DNA from: Chiloscyllium plagiosum
Lineage: Eukaryota
Length of the DNA: 64,000 bases
Assembly (NCBI RefSeq): GCF_004010195.1
Contig: NC_057728.1
Coordinates: 50,668,782-50,732,781, forward strand
Reading direction: 5' to 3'
The notes under the pieces are model-generated. The model worked only from the letters and a program-made list of their open reading frames with translations. It ran no database searches and was not told the DNA's origin. Below are positions 24,738-35,925 of the stretch, in pieces; within the stretch, counting starts at the first letter, position 1; every line of letters begins with the position of its first letter. A program made the position numbers and the translations under genes.

Positions 24738-25291
24738 CCGTGATCTGGGAGGTGGCACTGTGGGGTCGGATATATCTCAGTTTTTTGAGAGTCAGAGTGA
24801 GGGAATGTCCGGTTACCACGGTAAGTTCGAAGTTGACGCTAAGTTCCATGTAAGTTCAGTGTTATGTTAGTTTGAGGGTGTCCGGCTGTTTAATGCGACA
24901 CATGATTGAGGTGCGCAGGGCAAAAGTCCCAGACGGTCTCTGCCGACCTGAAACAAGGTGTTACACCTTTCGATTCTGGGAAATACCAGGGAGAAGCGTT
25001 GGTGTCTCTGGAGCAAGTTTTAACATTGATGATTTCAAGTTGGGACGCTTTTTACAATGGGGACCGACACACTCAGCTACACATTGTAACAGGGACTCCT
25101 CTTCAGTGAATGGCCCCTGTTTGAGATGTCCTTGTTGCATTGGAATGCGCTATATAAATGTAATTTCTTTTGCTTCCTATCCAACCTGAATCCACAGTTC
25201 AGCCCCAGTCTGTGAACAGGATTCATTTGTATATTATATGATTCTTGTTGTCCTTGTGAGCTGTTGCCTTTGTCACGGTTACCCTGGTAAC
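24636..25291 (+). promoter_or_regulatory. Candidate CRACR2A promoter / non-coding first exon
   Basis: Local CpG enrichment outside TEs; GC-box-rich 34-bp repeat; X-box-like GTTACCACGGTAAG (24812-24825) and GTTACCCTGGTAAC (25278-25291); GTAAGT donors at 24821 and 24850. The first coding exon has an acceptor, so an upstream exon is expected. Confidence 0.45.
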
Positions 25292-25364
25292 ATCAATTTG
25301 CTTTTGCAACACGTTTAACTAGTCTCCGGCTCCCAGCGAAGCATTCTGTTAGCCTGATCCTAAT

Positions 25365-25459
25365 CGAGAGTGTGGTGCTGGAAAAGCAGAGCAGGACAGG
25401 CAGCATCCAAGGGAGCAGGAGAATCGACGTTTCGGGAATAAGCTGCTTCATCAGGAATG
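25365..25459 (-). mobile_element. 95-bp PLE family A insertion with a hammerhead motif (25422-25458, stem II damaged)
   Basis: TSD AGCCT(G/A)ATCCTAAT at 25351-25364 and 25460-25473. Confidence 0.85.
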
Positions 25460-26024
25460 AGCCTAATCCTAATGCCTCAGTTTAGATAGCATGCCTTCTT
25501 TTAACATCTTATCAGGTTAATTTGGAAAATTCTCATACACACGGTTGAATTCTCAGAGCCACGAGTTCAAAATAATCTATTAAATAATTCGAAAGAATCA
25601 ATTAAAATCTCATGGTCTGCCGAGAACCGCTGGGTAAACAGGTAGTTAAGGCATGAATAACTTTTTAATCAAACTGCTCAGACACGTTATGACACAGGTC
25701 TGGGGGAGATGGGAATTCTTATAGAGACAGAACCATTTCGCTACTGCAGACCCTTGTATTTTTATGTTTTTAATCAACCTGTAAAGAAATGTTATGACAC
25801 CCTCTTGGAGCAAGTGGGACTTGACCTTGGTCTCCTGGCCCAGAGTGAGGGACGTTGTCTCAAGAGCCCTTCCGGCTTGCATTTATGAACCAGGCAGTGG
25901 ACTATTATTCAGAAGAAAAGTTATAATGGTGTAGATTTAGCTATTCTCAGACATTAGGAACACTGCAGAAGTGGACAATGCGAGCTAACTCAGATCCTAG
26001 GTTTCCTTAAGATTGTCTCAGATT

Positions 26025-26355
26025 GGCGGCAGGATGGCTCAGTGGTTAGCACTGCTGCCTCACAGCACCAGGGACCCAGGTTAGATTCTAGCCTTGGGCG
26101 ACTGTCTGTGTGGAGTTTGCACATTCTCCCCGTGACTGCGTGGGTTTCCTCCGGGTGCTCTGGTTTCCTCCTACAGTTGAAAGATGTTGAAGGTCAGATG
26201 AATTGGCCATGCTAAATTACCCATAGTGTTCAGGGATGTGTAGGTTAGGTGTATTGGTCAGGCGTAAATATAGGTTAAGGGAATGGGGTTGGGTGGGTTA
26301 CTCTTTGGAGGGTCAGTGTGGACCGAAAGGCCTGTTTCCATATAGTAGAGATTCT
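26025..26355 (+). mobile_element. HE1-type V-SINE
   Basis: Collinear with 19207-19533. Confidence 0.9.
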
Positions 26356-26894
26356 GTGTAGCAAATCTCACCACCCCCCACCTTTTCTAGGGCAGTTAGG
26401 AATTGGCAATGATTGCATGCTCATCCCACAAAATAAGTTTTGAAGAATTATTCTCTATTTAAGATTTTGTTTCTTAATTTGGATGCAAAGTTTGAACAAG
26501 ATCAGGTTTGAAAACGTTTTCAGCAAATGGCTATAACAAATTGGTTTTTAAAATGCCTCATGGCTTCCGCTCCAGAGTTGATGTGAAATTTATGAGTTAG
26601 AGTGTTCCTAATTGCTTCATGTCTGTTGTTAATGATTTAATTTGCTTCTCCAAAGTCTCATCATGTTCAAGTATGAAACCGTTTTCTTGAAACCCTTTAA
26701 GATAACCCTACTGCCTATGTCTAAACTTTCACAAATTCCCATCCTGATTGATCGACATTGACTCTGAGGGAGGCAGCTGTGCTTCATTGACTGTAAGGTG
26801 TTCAGATGAATATTGTTACTGAAAACTGCTATGTAAATGCAAATTTTATTTTATTTAGTGTTGCCTTTCATCTATCAGCCTTAACTTGCGGCTT

Positions 26895-27565
26895 TAACAT
26901 GGTGCCAAACCATGATTAGGAGGAGGGATGTTGTTAAACTAGAGACAGTACAGGAAAGACTTACAAGGATGTTGCCAGGATGGGAGGGTTTGCATTTTAT
27001 GGAGAGGCTAAACAGCCTGGGGTTTTTTCCAAAGAGCATTGGAAGCTGGGAGGTTACCCTATCGTGATTTCTAAAACCATTGGGGAGGCACAGATGGGGT
27101 AAATAGCCAATGTCTTTTTCCAGTGTAGGGAAGTCCAAAGATTTAAGACGAGAGGGAAAAGTTTTTTAAAAAGACCTGAGGAGTAACTTTCATGCAGAGG
27201 GTGTTGTGTGTACAGAACGAGCTGCCAGAGGAAGTGGTGGAGGCTGGTATGATTAGAACATTTAAAAGGCTGAGAGAATGTGAGGACTGCAGATACTGGA
27301 GATCAGAGTTGAAAAGTGTGGCACTGGAAAAGCACAACAGGTCAGGCAGCATCCGAGGAGCATCCTGATGAAGGGCTTATGCCTGAAACATCAACTCTCT
27401 TGCTCCTCGGATACTGCCTGACCTACCATGCTTTTCCAGCACCACACTTGTCAACATTTAAAAAACATCTGAATGGGTACATAAAGATATGGGATTAGAG
27501 AGATATGGGCCAAACGCTCGCAAATAATACTAGGTCTGATTGGGACATCTGGTTAGTGTGGAACT
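26895..27565 (+). mobile_element. CR1 LINE 3' fragment hosting a PLE hairpin insertion
   Basis: RRDVVKLETVQERLTRMLPG and VCVQNELPEEVVEAG-type sequence. Confidence 0.8.
27272..27452. mobile_element. Hairpin-shaped PLE family A insertion (inverted arms; hammerhead begins the right arm)
   Basis: Left arm 27272-27362 is antisense; right arm starts CCTGATGAAGGGCTTATGCCTGAAACATC. AACATTTAAAA occurs at 27257-27267 and 27453-27463. Confidence 0.85.
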
Positions 27566-27943
27566 AGAGGAGCACAGCATTCTGGGAAGTATTTGGAGTT
27601 GGAGATAACACGGAAGGGTGAAGGATCAAAGAGAAAGTTCAGAATCACTTTTCTTGACTGCAGCAAATGTAAATCAGGGAATACAGAGGGTGATTTGTGG
27701 ATGAAACATGAGGTAATTTGGGGATACAGTCAGCAGAATTAACTGAAAGGGACGAAGGAGTAGAGAGAACTGTGGCTTCACATACATCATGTGAAGGCTA
27801 GGTACAATAATCAGGGTAAATATAGAATAATATGGGAGGGGAATGGGCCTGGTGGGTTACTCTTCGGAGGGTCAGTGTGGACTTATTGGGCCGTAGGCCT
27901 GTTTCCACACTGTAGGGACTCTACAATTCTATGATTTGAAAGT

Positions 27944-28035
27944 CATGATTTGGAGATGCCGGTGTTGGACTGGGGTGTACAAAGTTAAAAATCACACACA
28001 CCAGGTTATAGTCAAATAGGATTAATAGGAAGCAC
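27944..28035 (-). mobile_element. PLE family B terminal fragment starting at the predicted hammerhead cleavage site
   Basis: Minus strand reads GTGCTTCC...CCAAATCATG, homologous to 306-399. Confidence 0.8.
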
Positions 28036-28039
28036 ACAC

Positions 28040-28600
28040 TTGAAGGTGGCAGGGCAAGTTGAAACAAAAGCACACAAAATCTTTAATGTTTGTAAACAGG
28101 TGTATTATATAAAAGCCAGGAAGATATGCTAAACTTGTATAAAATGCAAGTTTGACCTCAACTGGACTCTTATGTCCAATTTTATGCATCACTTGATAGA
28201 TGGTGTGTCAAAGCCTTGGAGGAAGTCCAGAGGATGAAGCATCAGAATTATTTGGAGATAGAAACACTGGAATTGCTCTGCTTAAAGCAGAGAAGTTTAA
28301 GGGAAAATTTAGTAGAAATGTTCAGAGTTACAATAGATTTAAATAGTCTAAATATTAAGAGATTGTTTCCACTGCTGGGACGATCATTAATCGAAGGACA
28401 TCAATTGAAGATAATTGACAGAAGAACAAAAAGAGAAATGAGGATAATTTTATTCACACAGATTGTGATGCCTGAGAGCTAGATTATTATGGAAGCAGAT
28501 CCAATAATAACTTTCAAAGAGGAATTGAATAAATACTGAGGAAAACAATGATGTGGTTATGGGGAAAGAGCAAAGACATAGGAATAATTGCAGAGATTTT
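28040..28600 (+). mobile_element. Old CR1 3' fragment
   Basis: LEEVQR...LKQRSLRENLVEMFRV motifs. Confidence 0.65.
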
Positions 28601-30179
28601 TCATATCCTCCCTTTTCATAGTTTAATGTTGCAACTCATTTCTATTGGCAAACAAAACCTTTGCCTCATTTCCTCTACTTTACAAACTGAAAATGCTGGA
28701 AATAATACAATTTAGCAGCATCTGTCAAGAGAGAAACAGTGTTAGGTTGATGACTTGAATATAGTTTGATAAAATCAAACAGTATTGATAATACTTGCTA
28801 GGTTCTTTATCCAATTTTAACAATAGCTTATCAATATCTAAACTGTTATGCCACTAATCAACAGACAGTAAAAAGAGATTTTCCCTTTATGAAGTGTTTT
28901 ATTGCATTTTCCATGTCATCTAATACTTCACTGCGGTTTCCAGTTCAGTCACATTCTGCACACACTACTGTTTCACAAAAACCCATTGAAGAGAATGCAG
29001 CTAAACCAAGATGATGAATCCCACAATTGGTTGCCTGCAGCTCATTGGCTGTGAATTTCTAAAGGCCACCACACAGCTATGCTTGTGGTTCTCATAACTT
29101 ATATCTCTCGCTTCTTTCTATTTTCCTGCACACTGTGGCTACTGTTGTTTCTCTCCCCCAAACCCTGCTCCACCTCCAGTGTGGTTACAGTCTGCTGTCA
29201 CATTCAACTTATAGCTCCCACAACTTCTCCTCCATCTCTACACTTGAGCACAGAATTTGACAAGGGTCCTCACTTAGTGTCTGGACCTTGGTCTCCAAAT
29301 TCATGACCACATGCACACAAAGCCAAAGGTCTTTGTAAAACAGAAAGTACAATTAAATGACATGTTGGGAAGTTAAGGGACTGATATAAAAAAAATCTAA
29401 AATAGAACATGAGATTATGATCATAGGGTGGGGGGAGGACAAAGCACATAGTTGTAGAGACACAATGAAGGACATTCCTCTATTTATTGAGTCCATGCTG
29501 AAATGCTCTCATAAATGTACACCTAGAGCAAAAAAGGGTGAAGGATGCTTGAAGTGAGTGACACAATAGAAAAGTGACCAATCTCCTCAGTTACTTTTAT
29601 CTATGAATGTATGTACCTTCTCAGAGGAATTACATGAAAAAAGTACAAGAGTAGGCCATTCAGCCTCCATTATGACCATGGTGATTAGATTAGCTTCCTT
29701 ACAGTGTGGAAACAGGCCCTTCGGCCCAACCAGTCCACACCAATCCTCCAACCTCTCCAGGCGCTTTTCCAAAGATCTCCAGTTCAGCCTGAATAAGCAA
29801 GTGTGAAGGACAAAATTGGAAAACAAGAGACTTTTAACAGAATTGGATAAGGTGATGCCTGCTTTCCCCTTATTGAAAATTTTCACGGTCTCACGGTAGA
29901 TAAATCAGCTGGCAAACAAATACAACAATGTGCAAACTATTGAATCAGGAGCTGGGGAATGCCACTCACTCCCTGAGCCATTCAATAAGATCATAGCTGG
30001 TCTGATTAGACCACATTCCTACTTATCCCCCATAACCATTCACAGCCTTGCTTGTCAATAATTTATTCAGCTCTTTCTTAAAAATATTCAAAGACTCTGA
30101 TTCCACCACCTTTTGAGGAAGAGAGTTCCAAAGATTCATGACCCTCAATGAGGAAAATAAAACCACCTGACTTTTAAAA

Positions 30180-32785
30180 AAATTCATTCATGGGATGAGG
30201 GCATCACTGGCTGGGGCAGCATTTATTGCCCGTCCCTAAGGTCCGAAGGCACATAAATGCCAGACCAGGTAAGGATGGCAGTTTCCTTCCCTAATAGACA
30301 TTAGTGAGCTAGATGGGTTTTCCAACAATGGATTCACAGCCATCATCAGACTCTTAATTCCAAATTTTACTGAGTTCAAATTACATCATCTGCCATGGTG
30401 GGATTCAAACCCAGGTCCTCAGAACATTACTTGGGTCTCTGGATTAATAGTCTAGATTCGAGTGGTGCTGGAAAAGCACAGCAGGTCAGGCAGCATCCGA
30501 GGAGCAGGAAAATCAATGCTTCGGGCAAAAGCCATTCATCAGGAATAGAGGCAGGGTGCCTGCAGAGTGGAGTGTTCCAAGGCGGTAGATGGGGCATTCT
30601 TCCTCCAGACATCGGGTGGTGAGGGAGCGGCAGTGGAGGAGGCCCAGGACCTGCATGTCCTCGGCAGAGTCGGAGGGAGAGTTGAAATGTTGTGCAACAG
30701 GGTGGTGGGGTTGATTGGTGCGGGTGTCCTGGAGATATTCCCTAAAGCGCTCTGCTAGGAGGCGTCCAGTCTCCCCAATGTAGAGGAGACCATATTGGGA
30801 GCAACGGATACAATAAATGATATTGGTGGATGTGCAGGTAAAACTTTGATGGATGTGGAAGGCTCCTTTGGGGCCTTGGATGGAGGTGAGGGAGGAGGTG
30901 TGGGCGCAGGTTTTGCAATTCCTGCGGTGGCAGGGGAGGGTGCCAGGACGGTTGTAGGGAGGCGTGGACCTGACCAGGTAGTCACGGAGGGAATGGTCTT
31001 TGCGGAAAGTGGAAATGGGTGGTGAGGGAAATATATCCCTGGTGGTGGGGTCTGTTTGGAGGTGGCGGAAATGTCGTCGGATGATGTGGTTTATGGGTAG
31101 GGTGGAAGGTGAGCACCGGGTGGGATTCTGTCCTTGTTACGGTTGGAGGGGTGGGGTTTGAGGGCGGAGATGCAGGATGCAGACGAGATGCATTGGAGGG
31201 CATCTTTAACCACGTGGGAAGGAAAATTGCTGTCTCTAAAGCCTGTCTCTTCATTGGCTACGTAGAACAGTCCATCTTCCGTAGTTACACCGGCACCACT
31301 CCCCACCTCTTCCTCCGCTACATTGATGACTGCATCGGTGCCACGTCGTGCTCCCGCGAGAAGGTTGAGCAATTCATCAACTTCACCAACACATTCCACC
31401 CCGACCTTAAATTTACCTGGACCATCTCTGACACCTCCCTCCCCTTCCTGGACCTCTCCATCTCCATTAATGACGATCGACTCGACACTGACATTTTTTA
31501 CAAACCTTCCGACTCCCACAGCTACCTGGATTACACCTCTTCCCACCCTACCTCTTGCAAAAATGCCATCCCGTATTCCCAATTCCTCTGCCTCCGCCGT
31601 ATTTGCTCCCAGGAGGACCAGTTCCACCACAGAACATACCAGATGGCCTACTACTTTAGAGACCGCAATTTCCCTCCCCACGTGGTTAAAGATGTCCTCC
31701 AACGCATCTCGTCCACATCCCGCACCTCTGCCCTCAAACTCCACCCCTCCAACCGTTACAAGGTCAGAGTCCCCCTGGTGCTCACCTTCCACCCTACCAA
31801 CCTTCGCATAAACCACATCATCGAATGTCATTTCTGCCACCTCCAAATGGACCCCACCACCAGGGCTATATTTTCCTCCCCACCCATTTCCACTTTCCAC
31901 AAAGACTGTTTCCTCTGTAACTACCTGATCAGGTCCACGCCCCTCAACAACCCACCCTCCCTTCCTGGCACCCTCCCCTGCCACCGCAGAAATTGCAAAA
32001 CCTGCACCCACACCTCTTCCCTCACCTCCATCCAAGGCCCCAAAGGAACCTTTCCACATCCATCAAAGTATTACCTGCACATCCACCAATATCATTTATT
32101 GTATCCATTGCTCCCGATGCAGTTTCCTCTACATTGGGGAGACTGGACACCACCTCGCAGAGTGCTTTAGGAAACATCTCCGGAACACCCACACTGATCA
32201 ACCCCACCGCCCTGTGGCCCAACATTTCAACTCTCCCTCCCACTTTGCCGAGGACATGCAGGTCCTGGGCCTCCTTCACCACTGCTCCCTCACCGCCCAA
32301 CATCTGGAGGAAGAACGCCTCATCTTCCGCCTTGGAACATTTCAACCCCAGAGAATCAATGTGGACTTCACCAGTTTCCTCATTTCCCCTTCCCCCACCT
32401 CACCCCAGGTCCAAACTTGCCGCTCAGCACTATCTCCATGACCTGTCCTACCTGCCTATCTTCCTTTCCACCTATCCACTCCACCCTCCTCTCTTACCTA
32501 TCACCTCCATGCCCACCCCCATTCACCTATTGACCTCTATGCTGCTTTCTCCCCACCCCCACCCCCCTCTCATTTATCTCTCCACTCTGCAGGCACCCTG
32601 CCTCTTTTCCTGATGAAGGGCTTTTGCGCGAAACGTCGATTTTCCTGCTCCTCGGATGCTGCCTGACCTGCTTTGCTTTTCCAGCACCACTCTAATCTAG
32701 ACTCTGGTTTCTAGCATCTGCAGTCGTTGTTTTTACCTCTGGATTAATAGTCTAGTGATAATACCACTATGCCAATGCCTTCCCT
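30180..32785 (-). mobile_element. SacSINE/DeuSINE-like tRNA SINE split by the 30456-32736 PLE
   Basis: 30180-30455 plus 32756-32785 form the reverse complement of the element at 43158-43520. Confidence 0.75.
30456..32736 (+). mobile_element. Neptune-type PLE (family A) with an inverted 5' arm (30456-31238, minus) and an RT/GIY-YIG arm (31239-32736, plus)
   Basis: LFLRYIDDCIG, PFLDLSI, PTSCKNAIPYSQF and CHRRNCKTCTH motifs. Hammerheads at 32607-32641 (+) and ~30510-30546 (-, degenerate). 19-bp TSD CTCTGGATTAATAGTCTAG at 30437-30455 and 32737-32755. Confidence 0.93.
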
Positions 32786-35298
32786 GATCACTGACTTAAA
32801 TGTTTGCATGTTGTTGATGGAATTTCTTTGGACTATTGTAAACAGCAGCAGGAGAGGAAGAGGGAGTTTGATGAACACAGTGTTTATCCATTCCATCTTC
32901 TACTATCCTGTCATCACATGGTCACATGGTAATGGAGTCATTGACTGATCTTAGCAATCATCTGTTGGCAATTGGTCTAGTCAGACTCGGGGATTCCATC
33001 AGGCAACCAATGTAGTGAGGAGTTTAGGAGTCATAGATTGAAAGTCACCTGCTTCTTCTAAACATTTTACCCAGCCACAAGTCAAATCACATATTACATC
33101 CGACAAACTTATTTTCTGGGAGATACCATCTAGAAGATTCAAGTAGTCACTTTCAACAGCATCTTCCAAACCCTTGAAGGGCAGTGGCAGTGGATATATC
33201 AGAACATCATCACTTGCAAGGGCCCCTCCAACCCACTCACTGTACTGCATTGCAAACACGTCATCTTCAGTGCTGCTGAGTCAAATGCTGGAAATCCCTT
33301 CCCACCAGCAATGTGGGTGTCCCTATATTCAAATGACTATTGCAGTTCAAGCAGATAGCTCACCACCACCTTCTCAAGGGCAGTCAGAAGTGAGCAATAA
33401 ATGTTAGCCTCGACAGTGACACCCACATCCCGTAGACAACATTTAAACATGCATTTTTCAAGTAATTGAGTAAAATGAGTCAGAAATTGTAGAATAATCA
33501 GTACGTTGTTATGAAAAAGACTTCTCAATGGTATAAACTTTCACACTATACTTATACATATAAGTTAAACTTATACATGTGAGAAACCCTCAGTTCCAGT
33601 TATAGATTTTGCTGCGTTAGGGTTCAGTTCAAGATTATCTTGTCTTGTCTGGGGCAGTGGGTAGGTTAGAGTGCTATTCACCTTTGCACCATTGTGCATA
33701 AAGAAGATAAAATTAGGAAAAGAGGAAAGAGAGGCTTCTCTCTCAGCAAGGCTCAGCAACTTCTGTTATAAGTGCATTTAGGTAAGGGTTGGATGGAACA
33801 TAGCTGTTGATGCCTCTATGCAAGCATTGCTGATCGCGATTGCTGATATGTAATGTCCATTGAAGTGAAGTAAGTGTGAAACCAGCAAAGATCCAACAAA
33901 TTCAGATGAAAAAGGGGAGAATACCCATGTGTATGTGTGTGTCTGAGAGAAATTAGTCTATTTGTGTAGGTTTTTTTAAACAATTGTAACTCCTCAATCG
34001 GAGCTATTAGGATCAAGAAGATCTCTGAACCAATTTCCTTCAATTTCTATGTAACTTGGGTCTGCTGAGCCACTTATCTCTCCACACAAAGGACAAAAGC
34101 CAGTCAAGGATTCTTCTGACAGTTTATAGCTAGACTGTAATTTCTGGGAGATCATAAGAGTCTAAGTGAGAGACCTCAGAAAATATTCCCCACTAAAGGA
34201 AATAGGAATTGGGTTCGCTGAGATCTTGATTCAGAAGATTGAATGAGACAATTAAAATTTTAAGTAAATGTGTTAATCCAATATTATAAGAAATCATGCA
34301 GTTTTGATGCTTCTGGGAAGAGTGTGAATCACAAAGTTAAATCATATGCTGGAAAGAATAGATAACTTGTTCTTATTTCTAAGAGGGAGTCCAAACATCA
34401 ACCTCTACATAATACAGCTACAAGACTTTGAAAAAGAGCGAGGATATCCATCAAACATCAAAGTAGGATTACCTCAAAACCTGAGTGTGAGACCCATTAG
34501 AGGCTTCAGAATGAATCTCAACCAGAGGTGATCAATAACTCCTCTGATCATTTAAGTTATATTGAGATATTCTAAGTCATTTTTCCTGTGTTGTTTAATT
34601 AAAAAGTGATGTGGGATACTATTTATTGAATGATAGGCCATTCCTAATCACTACCATTTTGGGTGAGATGGCCTTCCCAGTATAATTAGGTTGCCCATTT
34701 ACTCTGCAAAATATGTCTTTTTTAAAAAGTTATTCTTGGAAAACCAGCTCTGGATCATAGTCATATTGGTTAATATGTTTGGTCATGACCCTGGGTCCTG
34801 ATCCTGAAACCAGTGTGAGAAATAAGACTTGGAGCCTAGAGTTCTTATATCAGGTAGGGGTTTAGTTATCTGAACTAGTATTGCACCTTAATACTAGTTT
34901 CATCCCAAGGATGTCCAAGATAATGGGGTTTAAGCCCTTGTTATGTTTATCAACCACGTCATTGTGAAGGAAGTTGATTTTTTTATGCCTAGTCATCTTT
35001 GTCTTTGGAAGAATGCAGTTTGTTGTAGCTTTTACTGAAGAGTAACTGATTTAAGTTAATTTTTTCTATCCATCCCAGATATGTCAGTCCTGATTCCTTC
35101 ACACAGATATTGGGAGAATCTGCACATTACCAATCTACTACTTCCCCCAGAAACATAGTTAATGCATATCCATTGTCTAAGGATTGCTACATTTCTTGGC
35201 AACTGGTGCACGTTTGGGTGATCAATGTGAAGGCAGTAAAATATCCGGAAGTCTACATCTTTGTTCATTACTTAAGTAATTAGGTGTGATCAAATATA

Positions 35299-35579
35299 GG
35301 GTGGCACAGTGGCTCACAGTGGTAGGGGTCCCAGGTTTGATTCCAGCCTTGAGCGACTGTCTGTGTGGAGTTTGCACATTCTCCCGTGTCTGCGTGGGTT
35401 TCCTCCAGGTGCTCCGGCCTCGTCCCACATTCCAAAGATGTGCAGGTTAGGTGAATTGGCTATGCTAAATTGTCCATAGTTGTTAGGTGCATTAGTCAGG
35501 TGGGTTACTCTTTGGAGGGTCGGTGTGGACTTGTTGGGCCGAAGGGCCTTTTTCCACACTGTAGGGAATCTAATCTAAT
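35299..35579 (+). mobile_element. HE1-type V-SINE
   Basis: V-domain and tail as at 19207. Confidence 0.88.
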
Positions 35580-35712
35580 ATTGGCAATAGAATCTGTAAA
35601 GCCATTGATTCTGTATATTATCATCCTTATTGACACTGAAATTATTGGTTTGTTGGTATTTGTGGAATTATTACATCATTTATGCATGATACATGTATTA
35701 ACTTGGGGTTAG

Positions 35713-35925
35713 AAACAAAAACAGAAATAGCTGGAAAGACTCAGCAGGTCTGTCAGCATCTGTGGACAGAAATCAGGGTTAACTCTGAACTGAGGAAGGG
35801 TCACTCGACCCAAAACATTAACTCTGATTTCTTTCCACAGATGCTGCCAGACCTGCTGAGCCTTTCCAGCTATTTCTGTTTTTGTTTCTGATTTACAGCA
35901 TCCATAGTTCTTTCCATTTTTTAAT
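35713..35925. mobile_element. Hairpin-shaped PLE family C insertion with a central hammerhead-derived motif
   Basis: Inverted arms around CTGAGGAAGGGTCACTCGACCCAAAACATTAACT. TSD TTAACT(T/G)GGGGTTAG at 35698-35712 and 35926-35940. Confidence 0.82.

Noticed and set aside
31091..32059. 322-aa minus-strand ORF, and similar ORFs at 20831..21496 and 21342..21752
   Set aside because: Antisense or alternate-frame shadows of GC-skewed PLE coding sequence.
33600..34750. Possible very old L1/Tx1 remnant on the minus strand
   Set aside because: Only faint similarity (LIAPIEEL); too decayed to support without a search.
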